From the NCBI GenBank assembly GCA_963734545.1, contig CAVTHO010000005.1:128001-192000 (forward strand): a stretch of DNA of 64,000 nucleotides, in the 5' to 3' direction. Shown here piece by piece: positions 47,643-57,482 of the stretch. Below the pieces are notes generated by a model that was given only the letters and a program-made list of their open reading frames with translations, had not been told where the DNA came from and did not search any database. The DNA comes from an uncultured Spirochaetota bacterium (GTDB taxonomy: Bacteria; Spirochaetota; Spirochaetia; SZUA-6; Fen-1364). The position numbers and the translations under genes were made by a program. How positions within the stretch are numbered: the first letter of the stretch is position 1; the number at the start of each line of letters is the position of its first letter.

Positions 47643-49535
47643 ATGGAAAAAACACCGGTACGCAGGATAGGGAAATACGAGATCATCTCGAAGGTCGCGG
47701 AGGGCGGGATGGGGGCCCTCTACAAGGCGCGACATCCCACCCTGGACCGCACCGTGCTGTTGAAGAAGCTCACCCTGCGAGGCGGGAGCCAGTTCATAGA
47801 GAGATTCAAGCGCGAAGCCCGCATGATGATGGACTTCAAGAACGACCATATCGTGCAGGTGCACGATCACTTCAAGGAAGGCCAACACTACTACATCGTC
47901 GAAGAGTACGTGGACGGCATCTCACTGGACGCGCTGATCCGCAGGGAGCGCTACCTCTCCAATGACGCGGCCCTGCTGATCCTCTACGAGGTGTGCAAGG
48001 CGCTGAAGTACGCGCACGACAAGCAGGTCATCCATCGGGACATCAAGCCGGGCAACATCCTGCTCTCGCGGCAGGGCGAGGTGAAGCTGGTGGACTTCGG
48101 CATTGCCACCTCCCTGGAAGACACCGAGGACGGGCTCACACGGGACGGGATGGTGCTGGGAACGCCCTCCTATATCCCCCCGGAACAGATCGACGATGCG
48201 AAGAACGTCGACCGGCGCGCGGACATCTATTCGCTGGGGGTCGTGGTGTACGAGATGCTCACGGGAAGAACTCCGTACCCCGGCTCCTTCACGGCCGAGA
48301 CTATCCACCTGATCCACAAAGGAAAATACACGCCACCACACAAGCTGAATCCCGGCACGACGCGCCTGCTGCGACAAATAGCGCGCACGTGCATGAGGGT
48401 GAAGCCCCGGCGGCGCTACCAGGACCTGAAGGAGATCATCCGGCTGCTGGAAAAACGCATCAGGAGGCGCGACCCCGCTTCTCTCCAGCGCGCGGTAAGG
48501 AACGTGGTCGAGGGAAAGGAGATCGGCAGCCTGTTCAGGAGAAGGCGCACCTGGCTCGCCTGGCTCCTGCCCCTTGCCGTGCTGGCCTGCCTGCTCGCCG
48601 CCGGCGGCTGGTACCTGTACCAGCAGGGCTGGTGGTTCGAGACATTCGAGCCCGGGCGCTACGGGCTTATTGTCGTCTCCGCCGTGGTGGACGCCTCGTA
48701 CAAGGAGCCCGACGAGATCTTCTTCCAGCCGGTGCTGTACCGGGAAGAGGATAATCAGCTCACCCGGATTACCGGAATCGACTTCCAGCTCCATCCGGAT
48801 GCCGCGCGCACATCGTCGGACAGCTTTGCCCTCGTGTCGAGGAAGGTGTATCTGCCGGCCGGAAGGTACCGGATGAAGGTCAGCCTGGAAGGTGAGCTCT
48901 CCTGGAGCTCCTTCACCCTTGCGCCCCGCGTGGTGCAGAAGACGCTCGTTTCCACGGCGGGCGGATTGCAGATTACCGTCCGGCAGGGGAGCGGACAACG
49001 GCTCCTGGAGGTGAGCTCCACGGTGACGGATTCGGCGACCGGAGAGGACCTGACCAGCTCCGCCGTGCTGTCCGTATTCCTCTACAATCGCTGGATGCCG
49101 TGGAGCGCAACCCGGCCCCAGGACTTCACCTCGGGAGGGAGCTACCGGTTCCGGTTCGAGATGGAAGGCTACTATCCCCAGGTCTACAGCCTTGTCGTCA
49201 AGCCTTACCAGACGGTGCTGAGCCTCGATGTGCGGCTGGTGCCGCAGCCCGGAACGCTCAACCTGCTCTCCCGCGCTCCCGGGGCGGATCTGCTCCTGAA
49301 CGGCTCAGAGTACTACCTGAGAGGCGGCAAGGACGGTCGATTCGAAAAGCTCGCGCCCCTGGAAACCGGCAATCGCCAGATACAGCTCGCCCCGGGCGAC
49401 TACCGCCTGACGGTGCGCCGTCCGCCGGCCCAGGAGAAAAGCGTGAGCTTCCACCTGGGTCCCAAGGGGACGGTCTCCCTGAGCGTCGGATTCGACGCGC
49501 AGCAGGGAGTCCTGAACGTCGAGCTGAACAAATAG
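47643..49535 (+). CDS. Hanks-type Ser/Thr kinase with TM and PEGA-like extracellular region
   Basis: EGGMGALY, HRDIKPGN, DFGIA, GTPSYIPPEQ, DIYSLG; TM after the kinase domain. Confidence 0.93.
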   Translation: MEKTPVRRIGKYEIISKVAEGGMGALYKARHPTLDRTVLLKKLTLRGGSQFIERFKREARMMMDFKNDHIVQVHDHFKEGQHYYIVEEYVDGISLDALIRRERYLSNDAALLILYEVCKALKYAHDKQVIHRDIKPGNILLSRQGEVKLVDFGIATSLEDTEDGLTRDGMVLGTPSYIPPEQIDDAKNVDRRADIYSLGVVVYEMLTGRTPYPGSFTAETIHLIHKGKYTPPHKLNPGTTRLLRQIARTCMRVKPRRRYQDLKEIIRLLEKRIRRRDPASLQRAVRNVVEGKEIGSLFRRRRTWLAWLLPLAVLACLLAAGGWYLYQQGWWFETFEPGRYGLIVVSAVVDASYKEPDEIFFQPVLYREEDNQLTRITGIDFQLHPDAARTSSDSFALVSRKVYLPAGRYRMKVSLEGELSWSSFTLAPRVVQKTLVSTAGGLQITVRQGSGQRLLEVSSTVTDSATGEDLTSSAVLSVFLYNRWMPWSATRPQDFTSGGSYRFRFEMEGYYPQVYSLVVKPYQTVLSLDVRLVPQPGTLNLLSRAPGADLLLNGSEYYLRGGKDGRFEKLAPLETGNRQIQLAPGDYRLTVRRPPAQEKSVSFHLGPKGTVSLSVGFDAQQGVLNVELNK

Positions 49536-49544
49536 GGGGTACGC

Positions 49545-50459
49545 ATGACCGCACTCGCTCGCAGACTCATTCTCCTGGCCATCGGATTGCTGGCAGGCAT
49601 GTGCGCATGGCCGGTGGCAGAGCTGATTCTTTTTTCCCAGGCGGGATTCCCCTCCTACCTCGTCTTTTCGGCCTTCCTGGGAGCAGTCACGGGTGCCCTG
49701 ATGGGCGCATTCTTCGGCACTGCCGAGGGCATCACCTCGCGCGTCAAATCCCGCATTCCGGCCGGGGTCCTGCTGGGAGCGCTCGTGGGATGCGTGGGAG
49801 GAGGCATCGGCCTCCTGGCAGGCCAGGCCGCCCTCTGGCTGATCGGCACCCTCGTCATGCAATCCTACGCCAGTTTCCAGCGCGTGGTCCTTCCGCTGTC
49901 GCATGCAATCGGCTGGGCCGTCCTCGGCGTGTTCGTCGGGGCGGGAGAAGGCGTGCGCGCCGGCTCCTGGAAGAAAATCGGAATCGGGATCCTCGGCGGC
50001 CTCATCGGCGGGCTTCTGGGGGGTTTTGTCCTGGAATACGGGCGGCTGCTCTTTCCGCGGGTTGGCTTTTCCCGGCTGATCGGCTTCGCGGTGCTCGGGC
50101 TCGCCATCGGCGGTTTCTACGGCCTGATCGAGCGGGGCATGTCCTTCGGTATCTTCCGCGTCCTGACCGGCGGCCTGAAGGGAAAGGAGTTTCTCCTCAA
50201 CCAGCGGCGGATGCGCCTTGGCCGCTCGCCGCGGAACGAGATCGCTTTCCCCTCCTATGAGGACCTCGCGGACCGCCAGGCCCAGGTCCGTATTCGCAAA
50301 GGGGAGGTCGTGCTGGTCAACCTCGAGCCTCGACTTCCGATCCTGGTCAACGAGCAGAAGATCGAGGAATCCGCGGAGGGCCGCGGCGTGGAGAAGAGGC
50401 TCAAGCTCGGTGACGTGATCCGGATGGGCTCGGCCCGGATCTACTACAAATACGAATAA
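49545..50459 (+). CDS. Gly-rich multi-TM protein with C-terminal FHA-like domain
   Basis: About 6 TM; LGRS..LVN..ILVN..LKLGDVIRMG. Confidence 0.85.
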   Translation: MTALARRLILLAIGLLAGMCAWPVAELILFSQAGFPSYLVFSAFLGAVTGALMGAFFGTAEGITSRVKSRIPAGVLLGALVGCVGGGIGLLAGQAALWLIGTLVMQSYASFQRVVLPLSHAIGWAVLGVFVGAGEGVRAGSWKKIGIGILGGLIGGLLGGFVLEYGRLLFPRVGFSRLIGFAVLGLAIGGFYGLIERGMSFGIFRVLTGGLKGKEFLLNQRRMRLGRSPRNEIAFPSYEDLADRQAQVRIRKGEVVLVNLEPRLPILVNEQKIEESAEGRGVEKRLKLGDVIRMGSARIYYKYE

Positions 50460-50471
50460 AGGGGGCTTCGC

Positions 50472-51899
50472 ATGACCCTGAAACATCCGCGTGCACTGTT
50501 GCCTGCATTCCTGCTCCTTCTCCCGGGCGTCGCCTTCGCCCTCAATATCAGCCTGGCACAGATCGATGCCTCCCGGCTGCTTTTCACCCAGAACGTGCAG
50601 GTGTACGTCAGCGTGACCGATAACCAGGGGCTGCCTGTCGAGGGACTCGAGAGGGACGCCTTCAGCATCGCAGAGTCCTCCGACGGGGTGACCTTTCAGC
50701 AGATACCGGAGATTTCCGCATTCACCCCGAACGCGGGCGCGGTCACCGGTATGACATTCCTGCTTCTGATCGATGACTCGGGCAGCATGTACGACACGCT
50801 GGACAGCAGGGCCACCACAAACCCCCTGCTCATGCGCATTGCCCATGCCAAGGACGCCGTGCGCACCCTGCTCTCCGGCATGACGAATCCGGGCGACCGG
50901 GTGGGCCTGGCCTATTTCAACACGGGGTACCATCTTCTTTCCCGGCCCACGACCGACAGGGAGAAGATTGCAGCCCTGCTGGACGAAATCCAGCGCCCGA
51001 CCGCTGAACAGGCCTACACCGAGCTCTACGCCTGCCTGACCCAGGCGGCGCACGAGTTCGCCGGCATCCCCGGCCGCAAGGCGATCATCGTCCTCTCGGA
51101 TGGAGAGAACTATCCGTATGCCGTGCACGCAGGCAAAGCGCATCCTGTTTTCGGCAGCCGGATCTTCGCGTATGGGGAGCCCATCACCGCCAACCAGGAG
51201 GAAGGGAACACGGTCTATGCCGTCAATTTCGGAACGGGGAATGCTCCTGACCGGAACCTGAGGGACATTGCGCTCCAGACCGGAGGCAAGATCTTCGACG
51301 CGAGGAACAGGGACGAGCTGGCAAGCGTCTACGACACGATCCACCGGCAGGTGGCAGGGGAGTACCTCCTCACCTATCGGGCCACCCTCACCCCGGCAGA
51401 GAAGAAATATGTGCGGGCGCGCATCGCCGCGCCCGAGGGAGAGGCGTCCGTCACCCGGTTCTACTTTGCCAGCACCGTCTTCGGGCTCCCCCTGGGCAGG
51501 CTCACCCTGCTCCTGGTGATCCCCTTTGTCCTGGCCTGCCTCCTTCTCTGGGGCCTGACGCTCCTGCGGCTGGAAAGGAAGAGCGGGCCCGCCCGGCTGG
51601 AAGTGCTCCAGACCCAGGTGGGCCGCCCCGTCACACGGATTGTGCCGCTCACGACGGCAAAGACCGTGATCGGCGGCAGCCCGAAGGCGGACATGACAAT
51701 CGTGGGTGCCCCGCGGATCAAGGAGCAGCACGCGACCATCCTTTTCGACCCGAAGAACAAGAGCTACACGGTGGTCGGCACGGGGGACATCATGGTCAAC
51801 AATCAGCCCGTGAAAACGCGCACGCTGGAGTCGGGGGACGTGCTCGACATCGGCGGGGCCTCGATCGTTTTCGACGACGAAGGGAAGGGCGGCAAATAG
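50472..51899 (+). CDS. vWA domain - TM - FHA-like protein
   Basis: Signal peptide; MIDAS DDSGSM, T, LSDGEN; TM; MVNN..LESGDVLDIG. Confidence 0.88.
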   Translation: MTLKHPRALLPAFLLLLPGVAFALNISLAQIDASRLLFTQNVQVYVSVTDNQGLPVEGLERDAFSIAESSDGVTFQQIPEISAFTPNAGAVTGMTFLLLIDDSGSMYDTLDSRATTNPLLMRIAHAKDAVRTLLSGMTNPGDRVGLAYFNTGYHLLSRPTTDREKIAALLDEIQRPTAEQAYTELYACLTQAAHEFAGIPGRKAIIVLSDGENYPYAVHAGKAHPVFGSRIFAYGEPITANQEEGNTVYAVNFGTGNAPDRNLRDIALQTGGKIFDARNRDELASVYDTIHRQVAGEYLLTYRATLTPAEKKYVRARIAAPEGEASVTRFYFASTVFGLPLGRLTLLLVIPFVLACLLLWGLTLLRLERKSGPARLEVLQTQVGRPVTRIVPLTTAKTVIGGSPKADMTIVGAPRIKEQHATILFDPKNKSYTVVGTGDIMVNNQPVKTRTLESGDVLDIGGASIVFDDEGKGGK

Positions 51900-51927
51900 C
51901 CGCCAAGCCGGGAGAATCAATCCGCCT

Positions 51928-53067
51928 TCAGCGGCAGAAGTCTTCGATCATGCCCAGGGCCACTGCGCTGCAGGCCCGCACGGATTCCAGATCGACCCAT
52001 TCGGTTTCGCCGTGCAGGCCCATTCCGCGCGGGCCCAGTATCACCGCGGGAATTCCCGCCGCGGCGATCAAGGCTGAATCCATCCAGGCGCCCATGCCCG
52101 AGAGCATCGGCGCCTCCTTCGTGACAGCTTCCACATGGCGTTTCGCCAGCTCCACTATGGGCGCATCCCTCCGAGCTTCATAGGGTTCACGCGCAAACAG
52201 CCTCCGCAGAGTCGCCTTGAAGCCGGGATCTTCCCGCCCGATCCGGTCGAGCCTCAGGCGAAGCTCATTCTCGATTGCGTCGATGCTTTCGTCCGGAATC
52301 GTCCTGCGCTCGATGCCCAGCCTGCAGGAGGCCGGATAGCTGGACAGTTCCTGGCCGCCCTGGATCAACGAGGCGTGGATCGAGCCGGGGCCCAGAATCG
52401 CGTGGCCGCGGGATTTCGAGAGCCTGTTCGCAATCTCGCCGATCGCCACGAGAACCCTGCCCATCTTCGCAATCGCGTCCCGGCCGATATCGGGCCGGGA
52501 CCCGTGCGCCGCCACCCCGTGCGTCTCGATCTCGAACCAGACGAATCCCTTGTGCGCGGTCACGATCTGCAGTCCTGTCGGCTCGCCCACGATGGCGGCA
52601 TCCGCTTTCCACTTCTTCACGACCGCCTCGGTCCCGGCGCTTGCATACTCCTCGTCCACGACTGCGGTGAGGATTGCATCGCCGCGAAGCGGCAGCTCCT
52701 TCGCGTCATCGAGGGCAACCATGAACGCGGCGAGGGCAGCCTTGGTATCCATCGCGCCTCTGCCAAAGAGCCGCCCGTCGCGGATCTCGGGCTGGAACGG
52801 GCTCTGCATCCCGGCGACACCCACCGTGTCCATGTGCGCATTCAGCATCAACGATCTGCCGCCGCCGGTGCCCCGGGCAACCGCGACAATATTCGGCCGA
52901 TCCTTTCGGCCGGAATCCTCGACGTGCACTTCGAGTCCCCGCCTGCCCAGCCAGTCAGCCACGTAGGCGGCAATCTCCCCCTCGCCCTTCGCGCCCGGCA
53001 CCAGGTCGGGATTGACCGAGTCGATGGAAACGAGGCCGGCCAGGAGCTCGACACAATCGCTCTTCAC
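51928..53067 (-). CDS. ArgE/DapE family M20 deacylase
   Basis: LNAHMDTV, GRGAMDTK, DEEY, GEPT, AHGSRP, GLHGETEWV. Confidence 0.93.
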   Translation of the reverse strand: MKSDCVELLAGLVSIDSVNPDLVPGAKGEGEIAAYVADWLGRRGLEVHVEDSGRKDRPNIVAVARGTGGGRSLMLNAHMDTVGVAGMQSPFQPEIRDGRLFGRGAMDTKAALAAFMVALDDAKELPLRGDAILTAVVDEEYASAGTEAVVKKWKADAAIVGEPTGLQIVTAHKGFVWFEIETHGVAAHGSRPDIGRDAIAKMGRVLVAIGEIANRLSKSRGHAILGPGSIHASLIQGGQELSSYPASCRLGIERRTIPDESIDAIENELRLRLDRIGREDPGFKATLRRLFAREPYEARRDAPIVELAKRHVEAVTKEAPMLSGMGAWMDSALIAAAGIPAVILGPRGMGLHGETEWVDLESVRACSAVALGMIEDFCR

Positions 53068-53160
53068 AACCGGTTTATACCACGAACTGCGCCCCGCTGA
53101 AATGCCGAACCTTCCCGGGGAGCCGCGTCCCCTGCTATGATCGGCGCGGAGGAGGGACGG

Positions 53161-54219
53161 ATGCTCTTCACCCCCCTGACGATTCGCGACCTCGTGCTCC
53201 GCAACCGCATAGTCGTATCGCCCATGTGCCAATACTCCTGCGTGGACGGCTTTGCCACCGACTGGCACCTGGTCCATCTGGGCAGCCGCGCCGTCGGAGG
53301 AGCGGGTCTCGTCATTGCGGAGGCAACCGCGGCCCAGCCGCGTGGAAGGATCAGCCCGCACGATCTCGGCATCTGGAAGGACGAGCATGTCGGCGCGCTC
53401 GAGCGCGTGGCACGCTTCATCGCCCTTCAGGGCGCCGCGCCCGGCATCCAGATCGCCCATGCGGGGCGCAAGGCATCGGTGTCCGTTCCCTGGGAGGGCG
53501 GCCATCCCGTCGCGGAGGCTGACGGCGGCTGGACGCCGGTGGGGCCGAGCGCGCTCCCTTACGCTCCCGGCTCCCCGATTCCCGACCCGCTCTCCGCGCA
53601 GGAGATTGCCGAAGTGGCCGCGTCCTTCGGGGCAGCGGCGCAGCGAGCCCTGTCCGCCGGCTTCAAGGTCGTCGAGCTGCACTTCGCGCACGGATACCTC
53701 GTGCACGAGTTCCTCTCCCCGCTTTCCAACATCCGCACGGACGCGTACGGAGGCTCGCTCGACAATCGCGCGCGTATTGCGCGCGAGATCGTGCGGGCAG
53801 TCCGGGCCGTCTGGCCCGAGCGCCTTCCCTTGTTCGCCCGCGTCTCCTGCACCGAGTGGGCGGAAGGAGGATGGGATATCGAGGAATCGGTGGAGCTGGC
53901 GCGTGTTCTGAAGACGGACGGCGTCGATCTGGTGGACTGCTCCGCCGGCGGCAACATCCATGGCGCAGCGGCCCCCTCGGGCCCGGGCTATCTCACTCCC
54001 TACGCGGAGAGAATCCGCCGGGAGGCGGGCATCTCCACCAGCACGGTCGGGTTCATCACCTCTGCGCAGCAGGCAGAACACATCCTGCGGAACGGCCAGG
54101 CTGACCTCGTGGTGCTCGCGCGGCAGCTTCTGCGCGATCCCTACTGGCCCCTGCACGCCGCGGCGGAGCTCCGCGCGGAGACTCCCTGGCCGAATCAGTA
54201 CCTGCGGGCCAAGGGCTAG
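53161..54219 (+). CDS. namA: NADH:flavin oxidoreductase, YqjM/NamA old yellow enzyme
   Basis: [50 protein letters not shown]. Confidence 0.92.
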   Translation: MLFTPLTIRDLVLRNRIVVSPMCQYSCVDGFATDWHLVHLGSRAVGGAGLVIAEATAAQPRGRISPHDLGIWKDEHVGALERVARFIALQGAAPGIQIAHAGRKASVSVPWEGGHPVAEADGGWTPVGPSALPYAPGSPIPDPLSAQEIAEVAASFGAAAQRALSAGFKVVELHFAHGYLVHEFLSPLSNIRTDAYGGSLDNRARIAREIVRAVRAVWPERLPLFARVSCTEWAEGGWDIEESVELARVLKTDGVDLVDCSAGGNIHGAAAPSGPGYLTPYAERIRREAGISTSTVGFITSAQQAEHILRNGQADLVVLARQLLRDPYWPLHAAAELRAETPWPNQYLRAKG

Positions 54220-54247
54220 CTCCCCCTACCGCGGAGAAGTCCCGCGC

Positions 54248-55106
54248 TCACCGTGCTGCCTCCTGCGCGCCGCGTTCGGCAGCGGCTACTGTCTGGGCAA
54301 TGAGGGTGACGATCGTCATCGGTCCGACCCCTCCGGGAACCGGCGTATATGCGGCACACCGACCGATCACGGCGGAGAGCTCGATATCGCCCACATTGCC
54401 CGGGATGATAGCCCGCATCGACAACCACTGCGCCGTCCCGTATCCACGCGCCTTTGATGAACTCGGGCCTGCCGACCGCTCCGACGACGAGATCTGCGCT
54501 TCTGACGATCTCCGCCAGCTCCTGCGTCCGTGAATGGCAGATCGTCACCGTGGCGTTTGCGTTGAGGAGCATCATGGCCACGGGCTTGCCCAGGATCGGG
54601 CTTCGCCCGACAACCACCGCGTGTTTCCCTTCCAGCGGGATCCGGTAGTGCGTGAGCAGCCGCATGATCCCTGCCGGCGTGGCCGAGCCGAAGGCGGGTT
54701 CATTCATCGCCATCCTGCCGAAGCCGAGTAGAGTGACCCCGTCCACATCCTTCGCGATGTCTATCCGTTCGAAGCAGCGTCTCTCGTCGATGGGGGACGG
54801 CACGGGGTGCTGCAGGAGGATCCCCCGCACCCCGGGATTCGCGTTCAGCTCGTCGATCCGGGCAAGCAGCTCATCCGTCGTGGTGGTCGGGGGAAGCACG
54901 ACCTTGAGGGACTCCATGCCGACACGCCGGCAGGCGTTTCCCTTCATTTTCACATAGGTCGCGGATGCGGGGTCGTCACCCACCAGGATGGTGGCAAGGA
55001 TAGGAGCTCTGCCTCCCGACCTCTCGGCAAGCTTCCGCACTCTGACGGCCAGCTCCGCCTCGATCTGCTGGGCAAGCACTTTCCCGTCCAGTATGACTGC
55101 TGCCAT
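54248..55106 (-). CDS. folD: Methylenetetrahydrofolate dehydrogenase/cyclohydrolase; frameshift near 54400
   Basis: [27 protein letters not shown]; shifted frame gives [20 protein letters not shown] stop at 54248. Confidence 0.95.
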
Positions 55107-55226
55107 GAGGTCAGGATAGCACGAGACAGCGCCCGGAGGAATGCAGGCGGGCCGGCGGCTCCCGGGGGGAGTGAGTGCGTGAGCCCCGACTTTGTGCTAC
55201 ACTGGACGCGAGGAGGCTCTATCCAC

Positions 55227-55805
55227 ATGAGCTTACTGAAAATGATGGTCCCCGTGCTTCTGGTGCTTGCGCTCTTCGCGTGTGCGAAGCCGCCTCAGGC
55301 AGATATCGACGCTGCCCGGGCTGCGGTGGCCGCGGCGGCGAAGAACCCGGACATAGTGGCATATGCGCCGGATACGCTGAAGTCCGCCCAGGACAAGCTG
55401 GCCCAGATGGAAACCGAGCTCGGCGCAAAGCACTACGACAAGGTGAAGACCCTCGCCCTCGACGCCAAGACGACCGCCGAAGCGGCAGTGAATGACGCGG
55501 CCCGGAACAAGGAAAAGGCGCAGGCGGACGCCCGCACTCTCATCGACGCCCTGAAGAAGGCCCTTCCCGCGGCTGAGAAGAAAGCGGCGGCGGCGAGAAA
55601 CGTGAGAGGAATCAAGCTCGATTTCGGCGCCCTGGCAAAGCAGCTCGCGGACGCCAAGGCGGCAGTAGCGGACGCAGACAGGGACCTGGCGGCGGGCAAC
55701 TATGCCACGGCGCTCCGAAAAGCCATCGCGGTGCAGACGCAGCTGAATGACGGGGAAAAGGCCGTTTCAGATGCCGTGCAGGCCGCAGCGGCCAGGAAAA
55801 AGTAG
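55227..55805 (+). CDS. Ala/Lys-rich helical lipoprotein (DUF4398-like)
   Basis: AGGAGG RBS; LFAC-AKPP lipobox; YAPD.L..A..KL motif. Confidence 0.85.
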   Translation: MSLLKMMVPVLLVLALFACAKPPQADIDAARAAVAAAAKNPDIVAYAPDTLKSAQDKLAQMETELGAKHYDKVKTLALDAKTTAEAAVNDAARNKEKAQADARTLIDALKKALPAAEKKAAAARNVRGIKLDFGALAKQLADAKAAVADADRDLAAGNYATALRKAIAVQTQLNDGEKAVSDAVQAAAARKK

Positions 55806-55835
55806 CCTTTCACCTCGCGAGAACTGAACTAAGAG

Positions 55836-55861
55836 AAGGCCTCCCAAAGGGAGGCCTTTTT
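55836..55861 (+). terminator. Rho-independent terminator
   Basis: AAGGCCTCCC-AAA-GGGAGGCCTT followed by TTT. Confidence 0.88.
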
Positions 55862-55917
55862 GTATCGCCGCTCGAGCACGCCGACATGCGCGCGTTCCGA
55901 TCGAACGGGTCCGGTGC

Positions 55918-56478
55918 CTATCCGGGGAACAGGGCCGGCAGAAGCCGGCTGCCGATCCTGCCGAGTCCCACGGCGCTGGCGACCCCGCCGGCAAGGAGCA
56001 CGGCATCCACGATCCTCACCCACGTTTCATATGGTCCCACGACAAATGTGAGGATGGCCGCCGCTGTCGTGGTCACGAAGAAGACGAGGCCGAAAAGCTT
56101 TTTTCTCTTCAGGAGCGGAGTGGTCGTCCGCCGGAACCGGATGGTGCCGTCGAAAAGACCGGTCAGGAACGATGCGATGACCGCCAGGGGGAGCACCCCC
56201 TCCAGCGCACTCAGGATTCCCGTCACGGTTTCGCGAAAGAGCCCGGGAAACACCAGCACGAACAGGGCGAGCACAAACGCGGATGCGGCGAAGGAAATGG
56301 AAAAGTGGACGACGATGGGGTGGATGTCGAAGGACAGGAGAAGCCGGCGCTTCTCGGAAACAGGATCCTTCCACGGCTCCATCATCTTGCGCGGCACCCC
56401 GCACGCGGGACACACCTCCCCCACCTGGCCTGCTTCCGTGACGTAGCCACAGGATTTGCATCTCAAAAGCTCAGCCAT
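55918..56478 (-). CDS. Rubredoxin-like domain fused to a 4-TM (DUF2231-like) domain
   Basis: RCKSCGYV..CPACGVP; IHPIVVHF followed by four hydrophobic helices. Confidence 0.85.
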   Translation of the reverse strand: MAELLRCKSCGYVTEAGQVGEVCPACGVPRKMMEPWKDPVSEKRRLLLSFDIHPIVVHFSISFAASAFVLALFVLVFPGLFRETVTGILSALEGVLPLAVIASFLTGLFDGTIRFRRTTTPLLKRKKLFGLVFFVTTTAAAILTFVVGPYETWVRIVDAVLLAGGVASAVGLGRIGSRLLPALFPG

Positions 56479-56510
56479 GACACCCTCCCTTCGGGATCTC
56501 TCCCGCGTAC

Positions 56511-56612
56511 GCCGAGGGCACGACGCCCGAATGGCAGCCCGTAGGCCTTCCGCGGTACCCGCAGAGTTGGACGCCGAGGGCTGCCGAGGGCACGACGTCC
56601 GATAGGCAGCCC
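56511..56612. repeat. Two 30-bp imperfect direct repeats with a hairpin, REP-like
   Basis: gccgagggcacgacgcccgaatggcagccc (56511-56540) and gccgagggcacgacgtccgataggcagccc (56583-56612); GGGCTGCC/GGCAGCCC inverted pair at 56578 and 56605. Confidence 0.65.
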
Positions 56613-57482
56613 TATGCCCCTGACTTCTTCACCGCTTCCTCTGCAAGGTTCACGAGCGGCTTGAGCATGCCCATGAACTCCATCGGGAAGATGAACTTGG
56701 TGGCCGCGCCTGTCCCCATCGTTTTCAACGTCTCGAAGTACTGGAGCATCATGGTCTTTGAGTCGATCGTCTTCGCCGTGCCGAAGATCTTTTCCAGCGC
56801 AAGGGCAAAGCCCTCCGCGCGCAGGACGGCCGCCTGCCGGTCACCTTCCGCCTTGAGGATGGCCGACTGCTTCTCCCCTTCCGCCACCAGGATGGCCGAG
56901 GCGCGCTTGCCCTCGCTCTCGATGACCATCGCCCGACGGTTCCTTTCCGCGGACATCTGCCGGTTCATGGCGTCCTGGATGTCCTTGGGGGGAACGATCT
57001 CCCTGATCTCCACGCTGGTCACCTTGACGCCCCAGCGCTCGGTCACCTCGTCCAGCTTGGTGCGCAGGACCCGGTTGATGTCCTCCCGCTTGGCCAGCAC
57101 GTCGTCGAGCGGGATGTCACCGATCACGGCGCGCAGCGTGGTGGTGGCGATCTTCTGGCTGGCGCCCGCATAGTTCGCGACCTGGATCACCGACAAGGCG
57201 GGGTCCATGACGCGCCAGTAGATGAGGAAGTCGATGTCGATGGGCGCATTGTCCTTGGTGATGCAGGTCTGGCTGGGGATCTCCAGGTAGAGCTCCCGGA
57301 GGTCCGTCCACACCGGCTTGTCCACGATGGGAATCAGGAAAACCAGGCCCGGGTCCCTTGGCGCCGATGGAGCGGCCCAGCCGGAACACGACAAGGCGCT
57401 GATACTCCCTGACAACCTTGATCGATGCCGACAGGATGATGATCACCATGACGACAATCACCGCGATCCAGATATAGTTCAT
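56612..57482 (-). CDS. SPFH/stomatin-family protein; frameshift near 57355
   Basis: IKVVREYQRLVVFRLGR..KGPG, then LIPIVD..DLR..ITKDN..TTLRAVIG..WGVKVTSVEI. Confidence 0.93.

Noticed and set aside
49305-51920. Long antisense ORFs (871 aa here; also 41148-43625 and 11142-12998)
   Set aside because: Stop-poor shadow frames of real genes in high-GC DNA, with no motifs
51928-54156. 742-aa extended ArgE ORF
   Set aside because: The N-terminal extension is the antisense shadow of namA; the real start is GTG 53067
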